64,000 nt of DNA from IMG/VR virus record IMGVR_UViG_3300037466_003379, positions 40,106-104,105 of that record. One strand, written 5' to 3'. Source of the stretch: a virus. The notes below the pieces were generated by a model. That model searched no databases, was not told the DNA's origin, and saw nothing but the letters and a program-made list of their open reading frames with translations. Shown piece by piece: positions 7,704 to 17,700 of the stretch (the first letter of the stretch is position 1; each line of letters begins with the position of its first letter). A program made the position numbers and the translations under genes.

Positions 7704-10583
7704 TCAATAGACAGGGGTCGTCGACGTCCCGAGGACCCCAAGCGTGGAGTCCCCGAGGACCCACGCGGACGGCACGAACACCGGGGAGAGCTGCAGGTCG
7801 ACGGTCCAGTCGCCCGTCTCCCCGTCGACGCGATGGTCGATCTTCTCGATGTAATACTCGCGCGACGTCGTCAGCGACATCGAGCGCCTGTTGACCCGGA
7901 CCCGCTGGGAGATCTCCAGCGACAGCACGACCGGCCACAGCGCCGGGTTCGCCGACGGCTTCAAGGTCAACTTCGTGACCCGCGTCTTCGGCGACCCGTA
8001 CCGAGCGAGGTAGTGCACACCGGCCTGCTCGACGTCGAAGTCCGTCGTCACCTGCAGCGTCTGCGTCAAGATCCGCTGCCCGTACGTCGCCTCCGCCGCC
8101 GAGTTGACCATCGGGGCGATCGCACTGTTGTCCGGCCGCGACAGGTTGGCCTGGGAGAACACGTACGTCGGGTCGTGGTCCGTCGTGAGGTCCTGGTACG
8201 GGTACTCCGTCGGCGACGCCCCGGCCGGGTTCTCCCCGAACGTCCACAGCGCCGTCTGGTTCGCGTACCTCGAGCGCCGCGACTCGACCCGAGCGTTGCC
8301 CTCCTTCGTCATGTAGACGAGGCCGCGCTCCGTCTCCGCCACCTCCTGGAGGACGTCCAGCAACGTCCGCCCGTCATAGGAGAAGTCAGCGGCCAGCTTC
8401 ACCGTCCCGGCGTCGACCCATATCGAGCCGCCCCACCACTGGTTCAGCAGGCGGATCGCCCGCGCCCCGGAGTCCTCGACGCCGGAGTAGCCGATCCCGC
8501 GCCAGTACAGGGCCGCCTGCTCGGTGAGCGTGAGCAGCCGGTTGAAGACGGCGAACCGGCCCGTCGACATCTGCGACTGCGGGTAGCCGAAGCCGGTCGA
8601 CGCCGAGAAGAACCCGGCGACGTTGAAGCCGATCTGCGCAGGCTGCGAGCCCACGGCGATGGATGAGCCGCGGAGGTTGTCCGTCCCCCGCATCCATCCA
8701 CCCGTCGCGTCGAACCCGAGCAGGTGCATGTGCCACTGGTTGTCCTGCCACAGCCGCCCGCCGCCCGCGATGGCGGTGGTGATCGACGCGCCGCCCTCGA
8801 CCGGCCGGTAGCGGTAGTAGACCTCCTCCGTGGTTCCGTCACCGGCCCGGATCGCCAGCTGGACGTGCGTGGAGTCCGTCGGGAAGTTCGACGCCCCCGG
8901 GGCCACGTACAGCCCCGGCGCCTGCCACGCCCCGATCGCCGGCCGGATCCAGATCACGAAGCACGACCCGGTCGTCGACATGGAGATGCGGCCGCCGATC
9001 GGCTCCATGTAGGTGTCGTTCAGCGAGCCGCTCCGCGACGGTGGGTTCTCCGGGTTCTGCTGCGTGAACGTCACCGCCGGGTGCCCGTCGGGGTGGCTGT
9101 CGCCCGCCCAGTTGATCTGCGACGACTGCGGCACGTAGTAGACCGGTGTCGCACCCGTCCCGGTCCCGAGCTGGCCTTGCCCCGCTGGCGCGGAGGCGTT
9201 GTCGAGCGGCATCGACGCGATCGGGCCCAGCCCAGACAGGACGGACTCGTAGTCCTGCTTCACCGTCGCCCGCGACATGATCGCGAGCCCGTCGACCAAC
9301 GTCATGGGCTTCTGCGCGCGGACACCGCCCATGTCCCACGACGTGGGGAACCGTTCCGCGTAGCCCGTGATGATCGGGTAGAGCGACGGCCCGGTCGCCT
9401 GCCACGCCGTGAGCGTGGACCCGAACTCCAGCTGCTGCTCGTCGACGTAGAACGTCGGCGTGGTCGCCCCCGACCCGTAGACGTAGACGTCCTCGAGCGT
9501 GTCGACGGGATTCCAGGCGACATAGATCCTGGTCCAAGCGTTCACTGCCGTGGTGGCGGTGCCCTGGTGCCAGTTCCCGGCGGCGTCCATGATCCCGCAG
9601 GTCACGGTGCCGTTGGTCGGGTACACCCAGACGGAGAAGGTGTAGGTGACGTCGGGGGCGGTGCGGAACCCGTTCACCACGCCGAAGGACGCTCCGGCGG
9701 CGCCCTGGGTGACCAGCATCGACTTCGCGCCCGAGTGCTTCTGCACCGTCGACAGGGCGGCCGTGGTGCCCACGTCGACCGGCACCCACCCGGACGTCGT
9801 CCCCTCAAACCCGGGGTCGTAGCCGGACCAGACGGTCGGGTTGATGATGTTCCCCGAGCCCGGCTGGTTCGGCCACATCGCCCAGATCCACGCGGCCCGG
9901 TACGGGGTGACCCTGGCGTTCGAGGTCGTCGTGGTGCCCGCCAGCGGGAAGGTGTCGCCGCCCGGGTACACGCCAGACCCGGGGGACGTGCCCCCGGTCG
10001 TCGTCGCCCCGTTGAAGGGCGAGTTCCCGTTGTCCGGGTTGAGCAGCTCCAGCGGGTCCGGCAGGTCGAGCTCAGCGGTACCGGCCTGCACCTGGTCCAG
10101 CTCGTACTGGCGGCCGCGGGACGTCGACCAGCGGCGCACGAACAGCCGCTTCGCCACCGCGTTGATCGAGTTCCGGGCGCCTGTCGGCCTGCCGGGCGGC
10201 CCGGAGGTGAAGTCGACCTCGAAGCCGACGAGCGGCCAGTTCGGGTTCGCCAGGGTCGCAGGCTGCCCCGCCCCGACGAGGACCTGACTCGTCAGGTCGA
10301 CGCCGCCGACGCTCTCGGACAGGGACCGCGGATAGGTGACCAGCCGAGAGGTGCCGTCCGCTCCGCCGACCGCCTCGGTGGTGGACCGCGGCCAGTACCA
10401 GGAGGTGCTGTCCGCCCCGCCAGCCGTCTCGCTGATGGACCGCCCGTAGGCGACGGCCCGGGTGGTGCTGTCAGATCCGGCGACGGTCTCGGCAGTGGAG
10501 CGGGGCCCGCCTGGCGTGGTGCCTGCGTCGAGCGCGTGCCGGATGACCGGGCGGAGCGGGAAGGAACGCCCGAAGCGTGCCAC
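7704..10583 (-). CDS. Large minor tail (hub) protein with carbohydrate-binding (CBM4/9-like) and LamG-like inserts
   Basis: SRGRQYELDQVQAGT tail motif, PGFEG..SGW...HSGAKS...YTFSVWV, DNQWHMH, AETERGLVY and WVLGDSTLGVLG. Confidence 0.75.
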   Translation of the reverse strand: MARFGRSFPLRPVIRHALDAGTTPGGPRSTAETVAGSDSTTRAVAYGRSISETAGGADSTSWYWPRSTTEAVGGADGTSRLVTYPRSLSESVGGVDLTSQVLVGAGQPATLANPNWPLVGFEVDFTSGPPGRPTGARNSINAVAKRLFVRRWSTSRGRQYELDQVQAGTAELDLPDPLELLNPDNGNSPFNGATTTGGTSPGSGVYPGGDTFPLAGTTTTSNARVTPYRAAWIWAMWPNQPGSGNIINPTVWSGYDPGFEGTTSGWVPVDVGTTAALSTVQKHSGAKSMLVTQGAAGASFGVVNGFRTAPDVTYTFSVWVYPTNGTVTCGIMDAAGNWHQGTATTAVNAWTRIYVAWNPVDTLEDVYVYGSGATTPTFYVDEQQLEFGSTLTAWQATGPSLYPIITGYAERFPTSWDMGGVRAQKPMTLVDGLAIMSRATVKQDYESVLSGLGPIASMPLDNASAPAGQGQLGTGTGATPVYYVPQSSQINWAGDSHPDGHPAVTFTQQNPENPPSRSGSLNDTYMEPIGGRISMSTTGSCFVIWIRPAIGAWQAPGLYVAPGASNFPTDSTHVQLAIRAGDGTTEEVYYRYRPVEGGASITTAIAGGGRLWQDNQWHMHLLGFDATGGWMRGTDNLRGSSIAVGSQPAQIGFNVAGFFSASTGFGYPQSQMSTGRFAVFNRLLTLTEQAALYWRGIGYSGVEDSGARAIRLLNQWWGGSIWVDAGTVKLAADFSYDGRTLLDVLQEVAETERGLVYMTKEGNARVESRRSRYANQTALWTFGENPAGASPTEYPYQDLTTDHDPTYVFSQANLSRPDNSAIAPMVNSAAEATYGQRILTQTLQVTTDFDVEQAGVHYLARYGSPKTRVTKLTLKPSANPALWPVVLSLEISQRVRVNRRSMSLTTSREYYIEKIDHRVDGETGDWTVDLQLSPVFVPSAWVLGDSTLGVLGTSTTPVY

Positions 10584-10607
10584 GGCTCAAGCCCCCGATC
10601 TGTTCGG

Positions 10608-11219
10608 CTACTGGGACACGGTGGTGGTCACGACCATGACGTCACCGGAGGCCGCGAAGTTCGCGGTCGCGATCGTGGCCTCGAACGCCATCCGCCCCGA
10701 CACCATTGACGCGAAGGTCCCGACCTTGGCCACGGCCACCGGCAGCGCGTCCGCACCGTTCGCTGTGAACGTGCCGGTGAGCGTGTAGGAGGAGGACCCC
10801 GTGGTGTGCGCGAAGGCAGCCAGGCGCCGCACCAGGCCGCCGCCGCTGGTGGTGATCTCCCCGGCGAGCGTCGTGTCGGTGGCGACGGGACTCGAGGTGT
10901 TCGCGGACAGCGCCATGCAGGCCGCGGGTGCACCGCCGGGGGTGATGACGTAGCCGCCGACCCCTGGGGTCGACGCGGTCCCGCCACCCATCGAGGACGC
11001 GATGTACCAGCGGTCGATGGTGAGCGCGGTGCTCGTGTTCGAGACGACGATGCCGTAGGTCGTGCCCGTCGCCACGATGTGCCCGACCCACTGGTTCGTC
11101 GTCCAGGTCTTCCCCGTGTCGGTGAGGGTGGTGCCGGTGACCGCCGTGGACGTCCCGGAATCACCGCTGGGGTCGCCCAGGCTGAGGGCCTGCCAGTCCT
11201 GCCCGGCGTTCGTCTTCAC
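10608..11219 (-). CDS. Minor tail protein
   Basis: Thr/Gly-rich; TLTDTGKTWTTNQW and TDTTLAGEI motifs seen in tail proteins. Confidence 0.65.
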   Translation of the reverse strand: MKTNAGQDWQALSLGDPSGDSGTSTAVTGTTLTDTGKTWTTNQWVGHIVATGTTYGIVVSNTSTALTIDRWYIASSMGGGTASTPGVGGYVITPGGAPAACMALSANTSSPVATDTTLAGEITTSGGGLVRRLAAFAHTTGSSSYTLTGTFTANGADALPVAVAKVGTFASMVSGRMAFEATIATANFAASGDVMVVTTTVSQ

Positions 11220-11494
11220 GCGGTCTCCCAGTCGTCAGGGCGGCCGATCGGGCAGCCGTAGTGGTCGGCGAGCGCCCGGGCGAGCTCAGGGGAGTCGGAC
11301 TCCACCCACGCCGGCGCAGCCGCGGTGGAGTGGACGCGCCACAGCCCGAGGAGCGGGCCGCCGCTGTCGTGGGCGACGGTCTGGACCTGCTCGGTCAGCG
11401 TGTAGCTGTCGGGGATGTGCGCGACCGTGACCTGCTTGCCGAGCGGCTGACCGCGGTCGACGGCGGCCGGGTTGCCGAGGTGAACGGTGGGCAT
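11216..11494 (-). CDS. Small hypothetical protein in the tail module
   Basis: RBS GAAAGGA upstream; overlaps the next gene. Confidence 0.55.
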   Translation of the reverse strand: MPTVHLGNPAAVDRGQPLGKQVTVAHIPDSYTLTEQVQTVAHDSGGPLLGLWRVHSTAAAPAWVESDSPELARALADHYGCPIGRPDDWETA

Positions 11495-11546
11495 GCGTCG
11501 GGTCCTTTCCCGGGCGGAGAGGGGCTGGAGCAGGGGACCGCCGGGG

Positions 11547-13058
11547 TCACTGCACCGTGAGGGTCAGGTCGTCCGAGCCGGCGCCCGTGGCGGTGTACCG
11601 GAGGACGAAGGTGCCGATCTGGGAGTCCGAGGGCGGGCTGGGCCGGGTCGACATCGTGTAGCTGTCGCCGTAGACCGACCAGGAGAACGGGGTCAGCAGG
11701 CTGAACTTCCCGGCGCTGATCAGGCTCCTGTAGATGGTCGAGCGCCCGTCGCTCTGGTAGTCGCCCCAGGACTGCAGGACGGCGTCGCGGAGATCGCAGA
11801 TCTTCGTGAGGTAGGCGCTCTCGGTGCCACCGGCGGATGGCGGCTTCGACGTGCTGGCGCGGGCGGCTGCGATGATGCCGCCGTAGCTCTCGGAGTCGGT
11901 ACCGGGGCCGTGATTAACCAAAACGTCGTAATGCAATGCGAGGCCGAGTGGGCTAACCCCGTCCTGCAGCGCGTTCTTGAGCGCGTCGTCCCAGTAGATG
12001 CTCTTCCGCAGCTCTCGCTGCGCCTGCCGGAACAGCGGGTCGGTATTCGCCGCGCTCGCCCAGGCCGTCTGAAAGGCCGTGCCGAGGTTGGACGCAGCAG
12101 CGCTGGAGGCGCCCGAGCCGTAGCCGACGTTCGCGCAGTTCTGCAGGCCCGTGAGGTACGACGACAGCGGGTTGCTCGTCGGCTTGAGCTGCACATACCG
12201 CTGCACCAGCTGCAGCATGTCCCCGGTCGCACTGGTGAAGCCGATCAGCCCGCCGGTATAGCCGCGCTGGTCCCCGATGTCCTGAATGTAGTTGTAGGTC
12301 GTCGTCCAGTCCTTCGTGGAGTTCTCCGCGGTCTGGACGATCTCGAAACACATCTCCTGAATAACCGGCTGTCGCAGGTCCGTGGTCCCGGACGGGGACG
12401 ACCCGATCGGCCACGACAGCGCCGCCGCCGTCCCGATCGTCGTGCCCTCCCCGAGCGGCCCGGACACGATCGTCCAGGCGCGGCTGGTGATCGTGACGCC
12501 GGTCGGCTCCGTCGCGGTCCGCGTGAACGTCGACCCGGGAGCGGCAGTCGCGTCCGCGCCAGCGAACAGCGCCCCGGAGGAGGTGGAGCCGCCACCCGCC
12601 GCGTTGCTGGTGATCGTGACGTCGGTCAGCACCCACGCCCCGGCGAGCGCGCTGTACTCGGCGGAGGCGAGGAGCACCTGGTTCTGCGGCACCGAGTAGG
12701 TCAGGGTCGTGACGCGCGTCGACAGCAGGAAGCCCGACGCGAACGTGCACGTCCGGGCGGCCCCGGACGCCAGCGCGAGCACCTCGTAAAGCTCGCCATC
12801 GGTGACCGCACCCACCGGGACGGGGATCGTCGTGTCGGCGGTCATCGTGAAGTCGGAGATCATGGCATCGTTCGTGCCGGTGTTCCCGGCCCCACCGGTG
12901 CCGCCGCCCAGACCCTCAAGGGAACTGACCCGGCCCTCGACGGCGTCCAGCCGGAGCGACGCCTCCTTGATCCCGGCCTCCTGGTGGTTCAGGCGGCCGG
13001 CGCTGAGCGGGGTCCCTCCGTTGGGCCCGTCGACCCACGTCTGCTGGTCGTAGGACAT
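11547..13058 (-). CDS. Tail-associated protein with a GH46 chitosanase domain inserted in a PKD/Ig-like domain
   Basis: TAENSTKDW...YNYIQDIGDQRGYTGGLIGFTSATGDML...YDVLVNHGPG...WSVYGDSY closely follows Streptomyces GH46 chitosanases, with the catalytic Glu, Asp and Thr positions retained. N-terminal TWVDG..TPLSAGRLNHQEAGI tail-anchor motif; no signal peptide. Confidence 0.88.
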   Translation of the reverse strand: MSYDQQTWVDGPNGGTPLSAGRLNHQEAGIKEASLRLDAVEGRVSSLEGLGGGTGGAGNTGTNDAMISDFTMTADTTIPVPVGAVTDGELYEVLALASGAARTCTFASGFLLSTRVTTLTYSVPQNQVLLASAEYSALAGAWVLTDVTITSNAAGGGSTSSGALFAGADATAAPGSTFTRTATEPTGVTITSRAWTIVSGPLGEGTTIGTAAALSWPIGSSPSGTTDLRQPVIQEMCFEIVQTAENSTKDWTTTYNYIQDIGDQRGYTGGLIGFTSATGDMLQLVQRYVQLKPTSNPLSSYLTGLQNCANVGYGSGASSAAASNLGTAFQTAWASAANTDPLFRQAQRELRKSIYWDDALKNALQDGVSPLGLALHYDVLVNHGPGTDSESYGGIIAAARASTSKPPSAGGTESAYLTKICDLRDAVLQSWGDYQSDGRSTIYRSLISAGKFSLLTPFSWSVYGDSYTMSTRPSPPSDSQIGTFVLRYTATGAGSDDLTLTVQ

Positions 13059-13101
13059 GCTGCCTCGCTTACTTTCTTGCAGGTGCAGGAGGGGGCGCGC
13101 G

Positions 13102-13563
13102 TCACTCCTCGAAGGCGAGCCACGCCTTCGCGTTCGGGGTGACTGAGGCCGGAGTGGTCACGCGCAGCCCGATGCGCTGCGTCGAGGTGCCGGACATCTG
13201 TGGCTCGCGGCCCAGCGGGAACTGCAGGACGACCAAGCCGCCGTAGGGCTGGACGTAGAAGGACCGGAGGATCTCGACGGCGGTCGGCTCGGTCGTCAGC
13301 GCGACGAGCGACGAGGTGTTCGACGCGGCCGAGTCGGCGGACCCGTTCTCCTTCACGACCGTGGCCGCGGTGCCAGCCGGGCTGCCGATCGTCGTCGACC
13401 GGTAGAGGTCGACGGTCACGGCCGCCGAGCTCGCGGACGAGTCGAAGCTGATCCCCAGCTCGGTGATGACGTACGACGTCGTCGGGTTGATGAGGATGAG
13501 CGACTTCGTCGCCGACGCGGAGAGCGCGACGGCGCCGGAGTTGATCGTGTAGGTGCGCGCCAC
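13102..13563 (-). CDS. Minor tail protein
   Basis: GTG start after AAGGAGG; beta-rich Ser/Thr composition. Confidence 0.6.
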   Translation of the reverse strand: MARTYTINSGAVALSASATKSLILINPTTSYVITELGISFDSSASSAAVTVDLYRSTTIGSPAGTAATVVKENGSADSAASNTSSLVALTTEPTAVEILRSFYVQPYGGLVVLQFPLGREPQMSGTSTQRIGLRVTTPASVTPNAKAWLAFEE

Positions 13564-13579
13564 GGCGCCCTCCTTCGGT

Positions 13580-14320
13580 TCAGCGGGAGGCCGCGCGAGC
13601 CGCGGCCTGGGGGACGATGAGCCGCCGAGGCGGGGGAGCTGCGGGCGCAGCGGCGGCCTTGAAAGTCGCGATCGAGCATGCCCACGTCGTGCTGGACGGG
13701 CTGGCGGTGAACGTGCCGGTCTGCGCCCCGGTGGCCGAGACGATCTGGTCTTCGAATGCGGTGTCATAGATGCCGCCCGACCCCGTGAGGACCAGCTGCT
13801 GCTGGACGAGGTTCCCGAACCCCGAGCCGACGCTGTAGGTGTTCGAGCCGTCGTCGGTGATGCCCAGACAGACGACCAGCTCGTCGGCCTGCGTCGTCGC
13901 GGAGCTGGCACCCGATGACAGCGCGAGTCCTGTGCCCTTCGCTGTCTTCGCCTGGTCGAGCGGGGAGGCGGTGAGCAGCCCGCTGTACTCCCGGATCCAC
14001 GCGTTGAACAGGTGCGAGCCGGAGAAGCTGAACGTGAGAGTGATCGTGCCGCCGGTGGTGATCGGCGCGTACCAGAGGTCGAGGCATGCGGCGCCACTGG
14101 ACGAGAAGTTGCTCGCCGCGGTGACGCGGCTCCAGCTGTTGCCGGCGTTGTCCGTGGTGGTGATCGCGTTCGTCACGCCGAGGCCGGAGACGCTTGCGCC
14201 GACGATGAGCGTGTTTCCGGCGGCGCAGGTGACCGACTGGGTCTGCGCAGCGCCGGACGCTGTCGCGTTGTTGACCAGCTTCTGCGTGGTGTTGACCAGG
14301 GCGACCGCCACGGCCCACAC
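13580..14320 (-). CDS. Minor tail protein
   Basis: AGNTLIV...TDNAGNSW...LWYA...REYSG beta-sandwich pattern of tail accessory proteins. Confidence 0.65.
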   Translation of the reverse strand: MWAVAVALVNTTQKLVNNATASGAAQTQSVTCAAGNTLIVGASVSGLGVTNAITTTDNAGNSWSRVTAASNFSSSGAACLDLWYAPITTGGTITLTFSFSGSHLFNAWIREYSGLLTASPLDQAKTAKGTGLALSSGASSATTQADELVVCLGITDDGSNTYSVGSGFGNLVQQQLVLTGSGGIYDTAFEDQIVSATGAQTGTFTASPSSTTWACSIATFKAAAAPAAPPPRRLIVPQAAARAASR

Positions 14321-14370
14321 CTCCCTTCGTGCTCGAGGTGGGGGCCGTGGCGGTCAGCCACAGGCTGAGG

Positions 14371-14754
14371 TCAGTCGGAGACGATCAGCTGGTTGACCTC
14401 GACGTCCTGGCCGGTCCAGAAGACGCAGTAGCGGACCGGGATGGCGGCGGAGGCGTACGAGGTGTAGGTCAGTCGCACGCTGGGATTCCCCGAGTCCTGG
14501 CCGTGCCCGAAGCCCGTCAGCGCGAAGCTGGCGTTGTCGGCGGGGTTCACCGGGCGCGCCCAGCTGAGGTAGAGGTCCGGGGTCTCGTCGTACGGGTAGG
14601 CGTCCTGGTCGGCCAGGGGGATGAGGATCTCCCGGGTGGCACCGGTGGGAGCCGGGTCGAGGTTGAGGACGCCGTGCAGGATCCGGCGGATGCCGAAGGT
14701 GCCGCTTGTCTCGTTGTCGATCGAGGCGTTGAAGCTGAGCGGGTAGGACGGCAT
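14371..14754 (-). CDS. Hypothetical tail protein
   Basis: Immediately downstream of the tape measure gene. Confidence 0.55.
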   Translation of the reverse strand: MPSYPLSFNASIDNETSGTFGIRRILHGVLNLDPAPTGATREILIPLADQDAYPYDETPDLYLSWARPVNPADNASFALTGFGHGQDSGNPSVRLTYTSYASAAIPVRYCVFWTGQDVEVNQLIVSD

Positions 14755-14773
14755 GGGTCGCTCCGATCTCCGG

Positions 14774-17700
14774 TCAGCCGAGGCCGAATCCGGTGTAGTT
14801 GGTGCCGTTCTGCGTGTTCCGGATGCCGTGCCGCACCAGCTCCTGCTGCAGCTCGGTGACCAGGTCCTTTGTGGTCCACACGTTCCCCTGGACAGTGGGG
14901 TTGAGGTGGACGACGGTCACGTTCGTTGCGCCCTGGGAGAGGCCAGGCAGGACCGCCGGGGAGGCGGCCTGGAGGGCGCCGGGTCGGACCGTGACCGGCA
15001 TGGCCGCCCCGTCGGTACCGAGCGCGGCGGCCGTCTGGCCGAGGGCCTGGAGGTTCCGGTTCGTGCTCTGCGTCGCCGACACGACCCGATCGGCTACCGA
15101 CTGGGCGGCGGTGACCGCCAGGTCGGCATGGTCGTCGATGCCGTTCGCGAGGCCCTTCATCAGCCACATGCCGGACTCGTGGGCAATGGTGGACGGGGAG
15201 GCGATGCCGAGCGCGGACTTCACGCCACCCCAGAGCGATGACGCCCAGCCGGTGAGCTTGTCCCACACCCACGACGTCATCGAGGTGATGCCGTTCCACA
15301 GGCCGACGAGCAGGTCGTGACCGGCGGAGACGAGCCAGTTCGCGGCCCCGGAGAACAGGTTGATCACGGTCTGCGGCAGCCCGGATGCCCAGCCCCAGAA
15401 CGAGTTCCACATATTCTTGAGCCCATTCCAGAGGCCCTCGATTATGTAGCCACCGATTTCCGAGAAGACGGTCGAGGGCGACTGGATGCCGAAGCCGCTC
15501 TTGAATCCGTCGATGAATCCCTTAATGAAATCGGTGATCCCGTTCCAGATATTCGACACCCAATCCGTGAAGCCTTTCCACAGACCGGTGAGAATATTCT
15601 TTCCGTGCTCGTAGAGCCACTGCGGCGCCTCGGTGAAAAACGCCTTGATCTTGCCTGGCAGGTCCTTGAACCACTGGACCGTGACCTCCCACTCCAGCTT
15701 GAGGCCGGTAGTGAAGTTGTCCCAGAGTTCCTTCGCCTTGTCGACCAGCCAATTCTTCGCGTCAACGAAGAAATCCTTGATCTTGCCGGGCAGCGCCTTG
15801 AACCAGGCGACCGTTTCATTCCAGGCGTTTGTGACCCCGGTCGTGAAGCCGTGCCACAGCTCCTTCGCCTTATCGGCGATCCAGTTCCCCGCGCCGACGA
15901 AGAAATCCTTGATCCGGCCCGGCAGCGCCTTGAACCAGGCGACCGTTTCATTCCAGGCGTTTGTGACCCCGGTCGTGAAGCCGTGCCACATTTCCTTGGC
16001 CTTGTCGACCAGGGTGCGGGCCAGCTCGCCGAGCTTCTCGCCGATGATGTGGCCCCACTCGCCGGGGCTCTTCGACATGATCGTCTTGACCAGCTCCGCG
16101 CCCTTGCGGAACGGCGTCGTTAGCCAGTCCCACACGTTCGCGAGGGCCCGCTGGATCATCCCGCCGAGGCTCGACAGGCCCTGCCCGATCTTCTCCGGGA
16201 TCGACTTGACAAACCCGACCAGGTCACTGATCCGGTCCCCGCACCAGTTGACCGCGGTCGTGAAGGCGCTCTTGACCTTGTCCCAGAGCCCGGAGAAGAA
16301 GTCGGCGACGCCCTGCCAGTGCTGGATCAGCTCGTAGATCCCGAAGGCCAGCAGCGCGACCGCGGCGATGATCGCCAGGATCGGCCAGGTCGCCGCGATC
16401 ACCCCGATGGCAGCCTGCGCGGCCGCGATGCCGAGGGCGACGAACGCGGCCACCAGGACCACGCCGATGATCCCGGCGACGATGATCGCGACCGTCTGGT
16501 GCTCGGTCATCCACTTCGTCGCGTCGGCGAAGACGCCGACGATCTTCGACGCGACCGGGAGGAGCTTCTCGCCGATCGAGATCGCCAGCGCCCCGAGGCC
16601 GTCCTTTGCCTGCGAGAGCTTCGTGTTGAACTCCGACTGGATCTCGGCCCAGCCCTTGACGTGGCCGCCGGCCTCGGACGTCGCGCCGGAGATGTTCTTG
16701 ATCGCGTCGTTGGTGTAGTCGGCGTTCTCGCCGGTCGTCATCAGCGCGACCTTGAGCCCGGTGGCGTCGCCCATGGCCTTCTGCATGGCCTGGCCGTAGG
16801 TCTGCATGACCTGCTCGCCGGACATGTGGGCCTGGCCGAGCTGGTGGGTCTGCCCGGCCAGCGTCGCGAACGACGTCGCCTGCTTCGCGGAGATCGGGTC
16901 GAGTTCCTTGGCCTGCTTCGTGAACGCGGCCATCGAGATCGACCCGTCCATCACCTTCTGCGCGAGGCCCTGGACGGCGGGTGTGCTCTGCGAGACGGCG
17001 TTCTTGAGGTCGAGGAAGACCTTCTCCGAGCCGGGCGGCATCGACTTCGAGATCGCCTGCTGCAGCATCTGCATCGTGCCGGCGAGACCGCGCTCGCCGA
17101 GCTTCGCCGCCACGTCGGAGGCGTCGATGCCGAGCGTGGCCATCTCCTGCCGCATCCCGGCCGTGGGCGACTGGAGGTGGCGGATGGCGTCCGCCATGTT
17201 CTGCGTGGCCTGCTGGGCGGAGATGCCGTGGCTGGTCATCGACGCCAACGTGCCGAGCATGTCGTCGAGGGAGATGTGCGCGGCGGAGGCGAGCGGGGCG
17301 ACCGAGCTGAGCGACCCGGACAGCTCCTCGAACGTCATCTTGCCGCTGGCGGTGGCCTGCACCATCTTCGACGTCACCGTCGCGGCGTCGTCCGCCTTGA
17401 GGTGGTAGTCGATCAGCGCAGTGGTGACCGCGTCGGCGACGGTGGTGAGGTCCGCGTTCTCCGTCTTCGCGCCCTCGGCCGCCGCCTTGAGCACCTTGAG
17501 GCCGTCCGCGCCGTGCTGGCCGCCGGACTCCACCTTGTACATGGCGGTGGCCAGTTCGTCGGCGCTGTAGCCGACCTGGCCCGCCATCTCGAGCATCCCC
17601 TGGCGGACCATGTCCAGGTTCTGCCGCGACTCGTTCGCCGAGGTGACGAGCCGCATCGTGGCCTGGTCGTAGTCGCCGGCCATCTTCACGGCGATGCCAC

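Noticed and set aside
15640-16010. 132-bp-period direct repeats
   Set aside because: They are in-frame 44-aa tape-measure repeats, not CRISPR or iterons.
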